A program made the position numbers and the translations under genes. Shown in pieces: positions 32,678 through 48,140 of a DNA stretch of 64,000 nt (position 1 is the first letter of the stretch; the number at the start of each line of letters is the position of its first letter). The stretch is from the human T2T-CHM13v2.0 reference genome, Homo sapiens. Where the stretch lies: assembly GCF_009914755.1 (NCBI RefSeq), contig NC_060928.1; one strand, 5' to 3'. The notes under the pieces were generated by a model that did not search any database, was not told the DNA's origin, and saw only the letters and a list, made by a program, of their open reading frames with translations.

Positions 32678-34959
32678 ATATGTTTTAGATACAGATCTGT
32701 AGGGAAACAAAACCATATCAGATACAGATTCTGCCATCAGTGAATTTACAGATTAAGGGTCCAAAAATGTAATTCACATTAAGCAATAGACAAAGTTAAA
32801 TTCTAAAGTGCAGGCAGAGATTTACACATAAGGATATTTTAGCATAATTACAATAATGAAAAGTTGGAACTAAGATAAATTTTAGAAATGGAAGATAACT
32901 TATTTAAGAAATATCTATATGATGGAATATCATCCACATATGAAAAATCCTTTCAGATAAAAAACCTAATAGCTTTTTAATATTTGAGACACTTTAAGAC
33001 ATATACAGTGATGTTTAACTTGATTCAATATAGACAAATAGTAATCCACCCAAAGTCTGACTCTTGTTTGGTGAAATGTGGCCCATTAAATCATGAGTCT
33101 CCCCAGTTTCCTACAGAGTTGATAAGAATGAGGACACTGTCCTAGGCTTCATCATTGTTTTTGTCTTTGCTATTGGTACAGAGCTTAAGAGATACAGTAG
33201 GCATGTCAGAGCCAGTATCAGCTGGAGCAGGGCTCCTCACCATGCCTGCGGCATGCACTTCCTCCATCTCTGCCTGCTCGGAACATATTCGGTTTTGCTA
33301 GTGGCATTTCAGAGAGAATAAATAGAACCTCATATATAATGAGATGTGATCTATTCGTCGTCAGCAGAATCCTAGTGCTGCTGCAGCTGCCTCTGTGGCT
33401 TTGAGCAAACAAGCCTTTGGAGTAATGGGGCTCGCGTGTGTGTGTGTGTGTATCGGGGGGTTACTGGGGACTAGGGAAGGTGAGGGAAAAGTAATAGAGT
33501 AAGGGGCTATCAGTGATAGAAAATTTGTAGCAAAATGAGTTTTGGTTTCTGCTCTAGTTTACAAAAAGGGACCAGTAATACCCCTGGCCCCCTTTTTAAA
33601 AATAACCCCTTGGTCGTCAGGCACTCTTCCTAGAGTTGCACTTGTCCTCAGACCCTCTAGGTATGAGCCACCTCTTTCCTGCCCTAGAAAGACAAAGTGA
33701 AGTTATCATCACTGATAGACATGCTCATCCCAGCCTCAATGCCAACCTAAAATGAACATGCTTGGCAGCATTCCAGCAAATTCCATCAAAAAGTTTAAGA
33801 CATTTTTGACGTTTGATTCCGACTCCAAGACTTGACTTTACGTGAAGAATTCATACTACTTTAACTGGATATTTTGATCCATTAAAAAAATTAGAAATGG
33901 CTTTAGAGTATATTAATGTCTAGTGCCAAGTCTGTGTTTTCTATGATTTCTATTTGTGTGGTTGCCCTTGTACAGAGACTTCTGTGAATTTGCCATTGTT
34001 AGCTTTTCTTAGTGGGTACAAGAGCCCCGAACTCTTGGCTCCATTATGACTGAGTCTGAATTTCTTATTTCCTCGTATGTCAGTAGCCAAACACTTCAAT
34101 AGATGGAGGTGAATATATAAATGAAAATTTTGGTTTAGGTTCCAATTTGTGGACCTAAAATATCCTCATAGCATTTCTTTGCCTTCTGTTGGTTTATGTT
34201 CAGTTTCTATACCTATAAAAATGTGTCTCTATGTTAACAATAAAAGTTTAGGTCTGTAGAACCCTTCACAGTCTTTCTCACACACGGGGAAAGACCTTCA
34301 GAGCAAAGAAAGGCACATGTTAATACCTTCCTTTCCAGATGAGGAAATTGGGGTTCAGAGAAGGTGACTTGTGCCCTCCTGCTATGGGGGTGGCACTGGA
34401 GACGGCCAAATTCATTTCTCATTCAGGGTCCTGCCTCTTCACCATTCACTTATCCTCTCCCAAATGCGTAGTATATATAAAGTACACAGTGATCTGCAAA
34501 CCGCTTCAAACAGGAACAGTTAGACCCATCCGTTCATTAATATTTCAAAATATTTGACTACAGATGTTTCTCATTCAGCAGTGTGTTCAAAAAGTGGGTT
34601 CAGCAAGCCAGACAGAAATCTAAAATAGGAATTACACTGTGTGGTGGTGGAAAACAGACACGTTGTCAATAGCCCAGGGACAGATGAAGCACTCTTTCCG
34701 CTTGCGAGCTCAGCTGTTGGGAGGCACTGAAACACTGTAAAAACTCTGCTTTCATCTCATCAGTTGCTTGGTAGAAAATGAAAGCCTAGTCAGAAGAGTT
34801 TTCCTGACCTAAACCCAAATTCTGCAGATGTCATAGCCATGACTTGATGGCAGGACTGAAATCATCTTAAGTGGTAAGATTTATGCTTTGTACAGCTATG
34901 AAAATGTCCCAAATTGTGATGCCCTGTGATAAAAAGTTTTCCTCTGGTTTCTGTTTCAG

Positions 34960-35026
34960 TGTTTAAATGGGTGAGAAGAACATTAATTGCCCTCGTTCAG
35001 GTCACTTTTGGAAGAACCATCAACAA
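34960..35026 (+). CDS. SNX25: SNX25 coding exon H (Nexin-C/PXC)
   Basis: tttcag acceptor, 67 nt (M)FKWVRRTLIALVQVTFGRTIN(K), GTGAGT donor; phases 1/2 fit neighbours. Confidence 0.92.
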
Positions 35027-36359
35027 GTGAGTTGTATGAAATTAATATTTGGATCCATGCCCTACTCTTTTGCCTTGACAGTCAAATTACCTTATGATCT
35101 AGCAGCCAGTCATTTAACTGAAAGTCTTTAATTTTCTCTCACTTTTCGTTTCTGATATGATTCTAAGATTGGATAGGAGAGTCGATTTCTAAAAGAATTT
35201 CTCCCACAGAATGCATATGGCAAGTTAGATAAGAAAAGCTTGAGCTACTTCCACACTCTGACTGGCGAGGGTCAGGAGGTTGTACTCTGTAGAGCTCCCC
35301 TTTAATCATGACGACGAGTTTGAGTATCTTGAGTAGAATGTTTTTATGTCAAATAATGAGAATCAGTTTAAGGTTCAGACTCTAAGCCAGAAGGCAAGTA
35401 GGATGAGCATCACATGGCAGGCGTTTACTTAGAGGAAAATACAGACCATGTATTAAGGTTTTCACAGTTGTGTAGCACTGAAGTGCTAACTCTTCTTGTT
35501 AGTTAATATCTGCGTATCCACTGGGGTGTGTGTGTGGCCCTGTCATCTAGCACTGTTACAAGCCATATGTCTATTCTAAACTATATTATATTATCCATAT
35601 ACATAAAGGCATTATATATGTATCCCAGTCTTTCACTGAGTGTTCTAATGTTGCTCATAAAAAGTGATCCACATTTTGATCATGCATTTATGAAAGCCCT
35701 GGGTTTGTTATTGAGAACTCAATTAATATAGTCAATTATTATTAGTTTCTAAGAAATTATTGGAATTTTTCATAACTGCAAAGTCATGTAGCCAATAGAA
35801 GTTGAATAGAATTATTTAGATCGGTTTAGGCCTGAAAGGGTGTCCTAGCGATTAGTCTCACTTCTCATTTTGTTGGTGAAGAAGTGGAACCAAAGAGATC
35901 AACTGCTTGTCTGAAGTCACCAGACCCGTTAGCTGACCTAACCTGGCCCCCTGGTCTGGTGCCTGCTTCATCTCTGTGCCTGGAATTTGGAAGTACTGTT
36001 ATCAAGATCTTTTATATGGTAACTCTATACCCAGAATTGTTCACAAGATAAACATTATGATTTCCTGCAGAATAGGAATATGAGTCAACGTCTAGAAATT
36101 TAAAAAAAAATCACTTTTTTATATAACAAAATAAGTTTTAAGATGAAATTATCAGATTTTCCCAAGTGAAAGATTTAGTGGTCAGACATTTGTACAAGAT
36201 TAGTATAATAGTTTTACCATATAAAGCTTATAAATTTTAATAGGAAACACTGTAAAGAACATTTGCTATTTTTTTATTGATTTGCCAATGAATATATTTT
36301 CCTTGTGGTCAGAAACAAAGTTTACTTCTACTTAAGATTTTAAAAAAAGAGTTTTAGTT

Positions 36360-36643
36360 GGCTGGGCACAGTGGCTCATGCCTATAATCCCAGCATTTTG
36401 GAAGGCTGAGACGGGCATATTGCTTCAGCCCAGAAGTTTACGACCAGCCTGGGCAACATGGTGAGACCCTGTCTCTACAGAAAATAAAAAAATTAGGTGT
36501 GGTAGTACACGCATGCCTGTGATTCCAGCTCCTCAGGAGGCTCAGGCGGGAGAACTGCTTGAGTCCAGGAGGTCAAGGCTGCCATGAGCCACTGCATTCC
36601 AGCCTGAATGAAACAGCAAGACCCTTTCTCAAAAAAAAAAAAA
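36360..36643 (+). mobile_element. Alu (J-like)
   Basis: Alu consensus; TSD-like AGTTTTAGTTG. Confidence 0.9.
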
Positions 36644-36800
36644 GTTTTAGTTGCCCGTCAGAGGCTTGTTTAGTTGACCTAAGTATCATAGGCTTTTGTT
36701 TTACTCAGAAAAAATGGCCTGTTTAATTTTTTGTTTTAGTCTAAGGCAAACAAATCTCTTTTGTATTGACAAGCCTTAGATAAAGAAATTCCCAAAAAAA

Positions 36801-36967
36801 GGCCAGGCGCGGTGGCTCACGTCTGTAATCCCAGCACTTTGGGAGGCCGGAGCAGGTGGATCACTTGATGTCAGGAGTTCGAGATCAGCCTGGCCAACAT
36901 GACAAAACCCCATCTCTACTAAAAATACAAAAATTAGCTGGGCATGGTGGGTGCATGCACCTGTAAT
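36801..36967 (+). mobile_element. 3'-truncated Alu with no tail
   Basis: Left arm, linker and ~30 nt of right arm; flanking direct repeat AAAGAAATTCCCAAAA. Confidence 0.9.
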
Positions 36968-37876
36968 TAAAAGAAATTCCCAAAATGGCCTTCTTTTTCT
37001 CAGGACTCAGGACTTGCTAATCTATTTTCCTTTTCAGTGTCAGCAAATCATGCATGCTTTCATTGCTCCTATTTATGATATTGGCTGTTAATTATAAAAT
37101 GAGCGGCTGCATGTTGTGAGTGGTGCATACATCGGGCAGTAATTTTCACAGGGATGGAGAAGAGGCACATGTAGAGGATTTCCAGGCTGTCCATTTCAGT
37201 GGGCTTTTTATCAAGTAGCGATCATGGCGCACATGGTTCTTTGCTGTTTTTGCCTTCAGCAGATGATGACTCATGACAGAATTCAGCAGCAGCACAGTGC
37301 GTGTCTCTTGCCTTGCAGTAACTACAATTTCACATGCTAGAATTGCTTCAAAAGCATCAGACAGGTTTCAGCTGATAGAAAGTCAGATCTAAATCAGTAG
37401 AAAATAACTTAGATGATGACCTTTATTAAGAGTCGCTTCCTAATCTCAAGTTGTAAACTGAAATTTTAGGAAGCTAGGCAGGCAGGTCAGCAGATTCTCT
37501 CTTAAACCACAAGTTCTGTTAAATCAATAAACTTATTTTATATGGTCTAGATTTGAATTGCACAGTTCCAAGAAAGAGAAGAGTCTAGGAGATACGCAGT
37601 TATAGATGGAGATAACAGTGTAGTTTGACTCATAGCAGTGACCGACTACTATGTGCAAAGTACTGGACTTGAAACATCTACTGCAGATGTTATTTCTGAA
37701 ACCTTGTGTTGTCCATTTAAAATTCTGGTTGGAAGTCAGATTCTTAAAAGGCTTTTTAATATATTATTATTCATGAATTGAATTTGAAATTTGAGGTCTT
37801 TCTGGCACAAATAGTCTAAGATGATTCTTTTCCCCTTTTCAATGGAGAGGCTTTTCTCCTCCCAACCTCACAACTA

Positions 37877-38320
<444 letters not shown>

Positions 38321-38730
38321 TCAAATGGCTGCCACCCAGTCTTCATTCTTGGGGAATTTTGAAATTGGCCACATAGCAGTGTATTTTTGAAAGGGACTAT
38401 CTTTTTCCTTGCCTCATGGGCATATGAAGTGCTTCATCTGGATCCGAGTATCCTGCCCAGCATTCTCTGCCATAGCAACACTAAAAGACAGCTACGGAAA
38501 GCCTGCTCCTCCTGCGGAACTTCAGGACCTCAGGGAGGTTTTCCAGACCACTTCCAACAGTCTTTAAATGGATTTATGTTTTCACCTTATACCACTTCAT
38601 GGAAATGCTGCAGTCTGCAGACAAATCAGTCTCTCAGTTCTTGTCTTTATAGATTGAACACAGCCAACATTTGGAGAAGTTAGTGCCAATGACAAAATTA
38701 TCTCCAGGAATAACTGCTCATGCAGTATTA

Positions 38731-39075
<345 letters not shown>

Positions 39076-39214
39076 TTAAAAAATCCAATTCCTAGTTTAT
39101 TCATCAAACACTTAGATCAGGCTGTATCTTAACCTTCGTATTGATAAGTGCCTTTTGAGAATAGAGTACACAATTTTTAAAAACCTCATCCAAGAAATCT
39201 TTTTCTCTTAAAAG

Positions 39215-39396
39215 ACAAATCCGGGACACAGTCAGCTGGATTTTCAGTGAGCAAATGTTGGTTTACTACATCAATATTTTCCGGGATGCTTTTTGGCCAA
39301 ATGGGAAGTTGGCACCACCGACCACAATCAGAAGCAAAGAGCAAAGTCAGGAAACAAAACAGAGAGCACAGCAAAAGCTGCTTGAAAACATTCCAG
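39215..39396 (+). CDS. SNX25: SNX25 coding exon I (Nexin-C)
   Basis: 182 nt QIRDTVSWIFSEQMLVYYINIFRDAFWPNG...LLENIP; FWPxG Nexin-C motif; GTGAGG donor. Confidence 0.94.
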
Positions 39397-39901
39397 GTGA
39401 GGCCTGGGCTATTAGCCTGAAAAGCATAGAGATCTGAGGGAATGTGAACCCCACTGAGGTGATTTTCATTTATGTCTTGCAGGAAACATTCTTTACAATG
39501 AAAAAAAAAAGGATCATACTCTTTTAAGCCATTTTTTGTCACTTGCTAAGAAGTTATACTGAGAATGTTAAGAACTTGAAAAATGTTTTAGAACAGATAA
39601 TAAACTTTGTGTTTTGGAAATCCTGCTAAAGTATCGTGTTTTGAGAGCTTAATTTTTAGCAAAATATTAACATTTTAATTATTAAAATTCGTAGTTGAAA
39701 AATATTAAAATTGTAATTTGTATAAGTGCCTTATGTTGAAACATTCTTTCCTGAAGCATTTGAGAGAACTGACCATTCATGTTTCTCATGCCTCCATGTG
39801 TTTATTGACTGAAGGTGTATAATGTTGTATTCCTTTCACTGCAAAGCTATGCACTGAGCACTTTATCAATAGCAGCATAGAATCTACACTTAATTTTTCA
39901 G

Positions 39902-40002
39902 ATATGCTTCAGAGCCTTGTTGGACAGCAAAATGCCCGCCACGGTATAATAAAAATATTCAATGCACTGCAAGAAACAAGAGCCAACAAGCATCTGTTAT
40001 AT
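39902..40002 (+). CDS. SNX25: SNX25 coding exon J (Nexin-C)
   Basis: 101 nt (D)MLQSLVGQQNARHGIIKIFNALQETRANKHLLY, GTGAGT donor. Confidence 0.94.
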
Positions 40003-40114
40003 GTGAGTAAATTAAAGCCCAGGGGGTTTCCTGCTTTATTTTTGTCTGTTTCTTCGTTTGGTCAGAAAAAACATGTGCCCCAGTGGCTGCAGCACTCTCA
40101 TTCTCACATACTAG

Positions 40115-40432
<318 letters not shown>

Positions 40433-40675
40433 CTCCCTTGACTTTTGATATCACATTGCCGCATAACTGGTTGGTTTTCTTATTTCAGCAAAGCCAACTG
40501 TTTCCCAGTCATCTCTGATTATAGTTACCAATATTAAATACTGTTTGAGAGTTACTTGTTTACTGAGATAATTTCAGACCTAAAATTAGACTTTTCTCTT
40601 AGATGCAGATATTTATTTTGAATAAACCCTTGGAGAAAAACATTTTTCCACTTTTTTCCTTCTTTGTTGGTTCAG

Positions 40676-40756
40676 GCGCTGATGGAACTGCTGCTAATTG
40701 AACTGTGTCCTGAGCTGAGAGTTCATTTAGATCAACTTAAAGCTGGCCAAGTTTGA
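40676..40756 (+). CDS. SNX25: SNX25 terminal coding exon
   Basis: ttcag acceptor, ALMELLLIELCPELRVHLDQLKAGQV then TGA. Confidence 0.93.
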   Translation, partial: ALMELLLIELCPELRVHLDQLKAGQV

Positions 40757-41186
40757 GACTACACAAATAAACCACCAGAAAAATGTCTGTGTAATAATAG
40801 ACATGAAACATTTTCCTCTTTTCCACAGAGGGCTTAACTGAGAACCGTATTGATTTTTATTTTAGTTACCTCCCTCTAGTTTTATGTGAAATTAGTAGAA
40901 TCAGGGAGGACGGGACTTATGCTGTGGTAGGCAACAGAAAAAAACTTCTATTGATTTTAATTTAATATGAATACTTTAAAGATCAACATACCGATTGAAA
41001 TACAAATGTTAATATGTGAGAACCTAGGAAGTATTTTAAATATTTATGAAAATATTTTGTTTTAAAATGAACTATGAATATTGTACAGTTAATTTCCTCA
41101 CTGAGGACTGTGAACATTCTTATATTATTTCATGTATATTGAAGAACATTGTTATGCAATGCTTTGTGTAAAGTTATTGTGAAGAT

Positions 41187-41201
41187 TTTATTGTCTTTAT
41201 T
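41187..41201 (-). terminator. Candidate LRP2BP distal poly(A) signals (two AATAAA)
   Basis: TTTATT at 41187-41192 and 41196-41201 on the + strand. Confidence 0.55.
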
Positions 41202-41238
41202 TTTACCAAAGATTTCCCATAGTTTGAGCATTCAAAGC

Positions 41239-41244
41239 AATAAA
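41239..41244 (+). terminator. Candidate SNX25 poly(A) signal
   Basis: AATAAA about 480 nt after the stop codon. Confidence 0.65.
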
Positions 41245-42293
41245 ATATAAAAATGAATCACAGTGCTCTATGATATTTAAGATACTTATATCTCAAAGAG
41301 GTTGAAACTCTACAGGCTGTTCAAATATTTATCAAATGCCTTTTTAGAGAAAACACTATGTACTTAACTACTTCTGCAGGGAAGTAAAAGTTTGCTGCCT
41401 TCTCCAGAAACAAAATAAATCTGTAAAATATATGATTTTTAGTGAGCAGAAAGAGCCAAATTAGTGCTTGAAGTGAGGCATTAGGGAGGAGAGATGGGAG
41501 CTGACCCTTGGAGTATGGGCAGGGCCGAGATGGGGGAGCGGAAAGAGGAGGGCAGCTACTTCAGGGGCTCGGTTGTATTATCAAGCCGTTTAGACCACAG
41601 GGACATTAGGGGAGATCCAGAGTACAGACTTTGTGTTATTGATAGTGGGGCCATGCACAAGTACTTAATTTTCCTGGGTTTCACCATCTATTATGCAGTA
41701 ATAAAATACCTTCCCCTGTCTAATCCCCAAGAATATTGAAAACAAAACAATTAAACAAGTAACAGGTAAAAATTCCATTTGAATCCCTGAAAGATACTCC
41801 CCTCATGCCCTAGGATGTAACCTATGCCAGTTTATATACGTATGATATACATATCATACCTGCTAACTTCTTGATAAGAAACAAGTTCTGAAAGATAAAT
41901 GATTAAAAATTAGTAAACCAAATGTTATCCTTAAGATTTTTTTAGTTATAGCTTTTTTATCCTTTTTTCAAACCATGATGATATTTGACACTTAAAAAAA
42001 TACCCAAAGTTGGCTATTGATAAAAATTATCCTTCAAAAGACTATATAGAAAAGACCAGATAAAATACATTCAAGGAAGAGAGGCAATGTGAAGTTGTCA
42101 AGCCTGAAGAACTTATCACAATACAATTATGGGAAATGTCTATTTTAGGCATAATTCTATGCTATCATTTAAACTGTAGCTGTTAAGTTTACATTGCGAA
42201 TGAGAAAGATCACTATTATTTTGTCTCTATATTTATTTATGATAAAATGTCATTTTTCCATGAGATATCAGCTACAAGGAATCTTAGAGAAGG

Positions 42294-42332
42294 AGTGTGT
42301 GTGTGTGTATGTGTGTGTGTGTGTGTGTGTGT
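42294..42332. repeat. (GT)n microsatellite
   Basis: Near-perfect GT run. Confidence 0.95.
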
Positions 42333-42647
42333 AAGAGTAATGATCTGGAAGTCTCAATGCACTCGAGTTACAGACTCACCGCAGTCTCAGGTCAAGGGGT
42401 TTACTACTGTCCTCAGCAGTGGTAGTTTGCAGGGACTCGCTTGTGCCAGAGCATTAGCTTTATGGTAACTAGAGTAAACTGAAATTTTAAATTCTGCATT
42501 GGATTTATAGAAGACATATAAGCATAGCATGTTACCATGTATGGCACACGTCAAAGTTTATGATTTCTGAAACCCATCTTTAATGGCAGTTTAAAAAGTG
42601 CTCTTTACTTAGGGCCGATCTTTTATTATGTTCCTATTTTAAGATTC

Positions 42648-42943
<296 letters not shown>

Positions 42944-43846
42944 TAAGATTAGGTCAGGAGACTCCGTCTCAAAAAAAAAAAAAAAATAATAATAATAATA
43001 ATAATAATCTTTAGGAACTGGATTAAGTGTGGAGAAGAGAATACTAGTTGGGAATTTGGATCTTCAAGTGGTTGAAGGAATGTTACATGGGTGGTATTAA
43101 GAGATTTGAGACAGAAATACATGACCATTTGAGGATATCTCAAACCCGAGTCTGTTGAAATTTCTTCCCTTACACAAAGACAAAATGAAGTTCAGGCAAT
43201 ACAGACAAGCCAGAACATAAAACGAGAGCAAATACTTTTCTGCCATTCAACAGTTCTTAGTGACTATCACCTCCATATTAATTGCATTTTCCCATTACTA
43301 AAAAGAAATCTTGTTTAAATCCACTGTTGGGATGGTTGTGATTTATAAAATAAAGCCACATCCTTTAATATGTTTATAAAAAAAGGAATAGTTAAGGTAT
43401 CTCTGAGACCTGTCTTCGATATGTATATTTGTTTCACAAATGAATAGCCTTGTACAATCTTATGCATATGGATCTTACTGTTTTTACTGTCACCTTTTGC
43501 CTTCATAGATGTCATCTATATACGGAAAGCCTTTTGCTAATTTTAACAATATTTAATTGTAGTTCTTGTAAATGATTTCATTGAGGCTTTTACCACAGGG
43601 TTTTAAAAATATGGAAAATGAGCTGAAGCACAAAGAAACAATTTGCTTTACTTTTCTTACGAATATTTTCATATAGCAATTGCTTTTTGTTTTATTACAC
43701 ATTCTGCATATGTATGTAGCAGTTGTTTTACTCATTAAGATCTTTGAGGGAAGATTTGGAGGGGCAAGATTCTAAAGCAATGTCTTATAACCCACTTTTT
43801 TGAAGTTTATATGTAATAAGCCAATTATTTATGAGCTTTTTAAGAA

Positions 43847-44171
43847 TAAAGGATGTCTCAAAAGGCTTAGTGCAGTTTTAGCTTTAATAACTTCAGAAGT
43901 AGAAATGCTGCACACACTTATTTAAGTTTAATTCTTTAAATGTCTTTTACCCTTAGTTTTGTGAAATTTTAAATTTTTAAAATTTTAAATGACTGAAAAT
44001 TTAAATTTTAAATGACTGAAACAAAATTTAAACATTATTATTCAAAATTCACAAAACTAAGAGACAAATTTAAAGAATTAAACTTTCAAATGATGGTTTT
44101 AAATAAGTTTGTTTCTACTTCTGAACTTACTAAACTAAAGCTAAACTAAGTATTTTTGGAGACTCGGTGTT
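43847..44171. repeat. Long imperfect inverted repeat (MITE-like)
   Basis: Three perfect reverse-complement blocks of 14, 18 and 14 nt in nested order. Confidence 0.88.
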
Positions 44172-44470
44172 TAAGAAAGGATAAACGATACTTGCTGTAT
44201 AGAATGGTTTTAATACTTGATATGGTCTCGGCCAGTCTGTAGGGTAAGAGGTGGACCTCTGAGGACTCTTCCAGCAATTTGACCTTGTGTCTAGGTTTCA
44301 AGTTGCAAAACTTAACAGCGTACGAATTCAAGAACGAAGTAACATGTCACCTGTAAAATACCCAGGATAGTGTAATTTGTGATGTGCAAAATAACCAAAC
44401 ATAGCTACTGTAAAAATACACACATTGTGAGGTGTTAGCATTGATGATCTTTGTTGAAATACATTGTGGT

Positions 44471-44572
<102 letters not shown>

Positions 44573-45188
44573 CTAATTGTTTGGGTCTTTCTTCTTTTTT
44601 TTTTTTTCTTTTTTGATTCATTTTTAAGAATAGTAAAGTACAGTGAATTTCAAGAAAATTTGTTAAGATACTTTCTATTCTGATGTCCTACTTTAACCTA
44701 TGCAGAATAGATCAATACTCAAAATAACCATGTTATTCTCATTTGAAAGAGATATTTTATCAATGCCAAGAATAAAGGGAACTTAAGCACCAATGATAGC
44801 ATTGTATGTTATGAATTATTAAAATAAGTAAAATGGAGAGCATTAACATTTGGCCTCAAAGTTGTTATGATCTCATTATGTGAATAACAGCATCTGTAAA
44901 ATTTTATTTTAAAATATACAGCTAAAATAATTTTATTATGTCTAAATAGTGACAAGGTGCATAATTTCTAGAATGTCAACAATTTGGGATATAGAGCTCT
45001 CATCCAAACCCCATTCTATGCAGTAATTGTCCCTTCAGTACCCACGACAGTTGGTCACTAGGTATTTGCTTGGTTGCTTCCAGTAGCAGGAAGTTACACA
45101 TTCTACATATGTAGAAGTTTTCACCTTCAGAGAAAACTTGTGTTTTTCTTTGTTTCCTGAACTGTTGTGTTAGAAAACTCTCCCTTAT

Positions 45189-45573
<385 letters not shown>

Positions 45574-45718
45574 CTAACACTCTAGGAAGTGGGAGTCACC
45601 CTGCCTGACGGTGGCAGAGCCGAGAGCAGGCCTGGGTCTGTCGCCTCCAGGTCCCAGTTACCATCTTACTGCCTCACCTTCTGCCATAACACACTGCCTG
45701 CCATGGGCACTGATTCTG

Positions 45719-45795
45719 CTCCCTCCCAACCTGTTCCCTTCCTGCGGGACACTGCCTCTCCCTCCCAACCCGTTCCCTTCCTGCGGGACACTGCC
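45719..45795 (+). repeat. Tandem duplication, 39 nt x2
   Basis: CTCCCTCCCAACCYGTTCCCTTCCTGCGGGACACTGCC twice. Confidence 0.93.
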
Positions 45796-46019
45796 GGTCC
45801 AGTGAACACCGCTGTCGGGACACCTTGTGTCCTTTTGCTCTGAGGGAGACCATTTCTGTTCCTCATATCATGCGTCATATGATATCATTCCAGACCCTTC
45901 ACTGGTTTACTGCCTCTAAATGATCTCCATTTTATCAGTATCCCCATAATGTACAATGGCCTAAACTGAGTACAGTATTCTAGATGTGTATCCTAGAGTC
46001 CTAGAGTACAGTATCCTAG

Positions 46020-46834
<815 letters not shown>

Positions 46835-47003
46835 AGTACAGAGAACATTTAAATGAAAAAAGTTAGACAACTGTTATTCATGCTAAGAATGGTGTAGAGG
46901 TAAATATCTTAAAGATCAGTTGCATTTGGCTGTGTGCTATGTGTCTATGTTTATGTTTTAATATGGCTTTGATGCTCTGGAAGTTTTAATTTTAAAGTAA
47001 TTT

Positions 47004-47170
47004 AGGGTTCCCAAACTTACCTGACATTGGAATCCCACAGGGAACTTCAACAAATACGCTTCTGTCTCCTAGAGACCATGATTGAAATTTTCTGAAATAA
47101 GGCCTGAACTTTGGAATTTGTAAAAGATCCTCGGGTGATTTTAACATGCAGAGAAGCTTGGGAACCACTG
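47004..47170. mobile_element. MER5-type hAT element
   Basis: Inverted ends GGTTCCCAA / TTGGGAACCACTG; GGTGATTTTAACATGCAG. Confidence 0.7.
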
Positions 47171-47867
47171 CTGTAATATCAGAGTCAGCCAAGGGACTCA
47201 GAAGACTCCCCCACTCAGGCTGAACAATCTGTGTTCCACAAACACTGCTCTACCAAGTCTGCTATGATGTAATTCTGACTCGTGGATGTGATGGACCTAA
47301 GATGTGCACAGCTTTTTGGTTTTTCTTTTTTTAAAAAAAATCTAAACTTAAGAGTTAGTACTCATAATGATCTCCCTTACACCCCCTCCACTACCACACC
47401 CCTTGCTTTTTAGTATTTACTTTGAGATGTGAAACGCATTTGGGATCTAAATAAATTGATCACATGGATTAAAATATGAAAGACTTATTTTAACTGATTA
47501 CCTCAAACTCAAAAATATCCCGCCTAAGTGGGGTAGATGTCACGCTCAAAAAAACTTTAAACTCTGTACTAGAATAAAAAACTTCATTACTGTACTAGAA
47601 TGAACGTATACATTCACACTTGTTCTAGATGAAAGAAAAACTGTTCAGCTTTAAGGTCTTGGTGCTGGGCCTTAGGCTGCAGATAGTAGCAGAATGAAAG
47701 AGTAATTTGCATCAAAATAGGACTTTTAATCATTGGAGCTAAATTATGCTAATAAGATTCTGACAGAATTGTCTGCAAACAATCTGCATGTCTGACAGCT
47801 TCTCTGTAGACAGAGGTTATCTGCACAGTAATTGAGTAGAAAAAACACTAATCCGTAAAACTATTCA

Positions 47868-48140
<273 letters not shown>

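Larger units (their letters stand above)
40757..41262 (+). other. SNX25: SNX25 3'UTR (end approximate)
   Basis: AT-rich unique sequence after the stop, up to AATAAA at 41239-41244. Confidence 0.65.

Noticed and set aside
47450-47455. + strand AATAAA as the end of an extended SNX25 or antisense transcript
   Set aside because: Plausible, but such hexamers are common in this AT-rich window and no linked exon could be established from sequence alone
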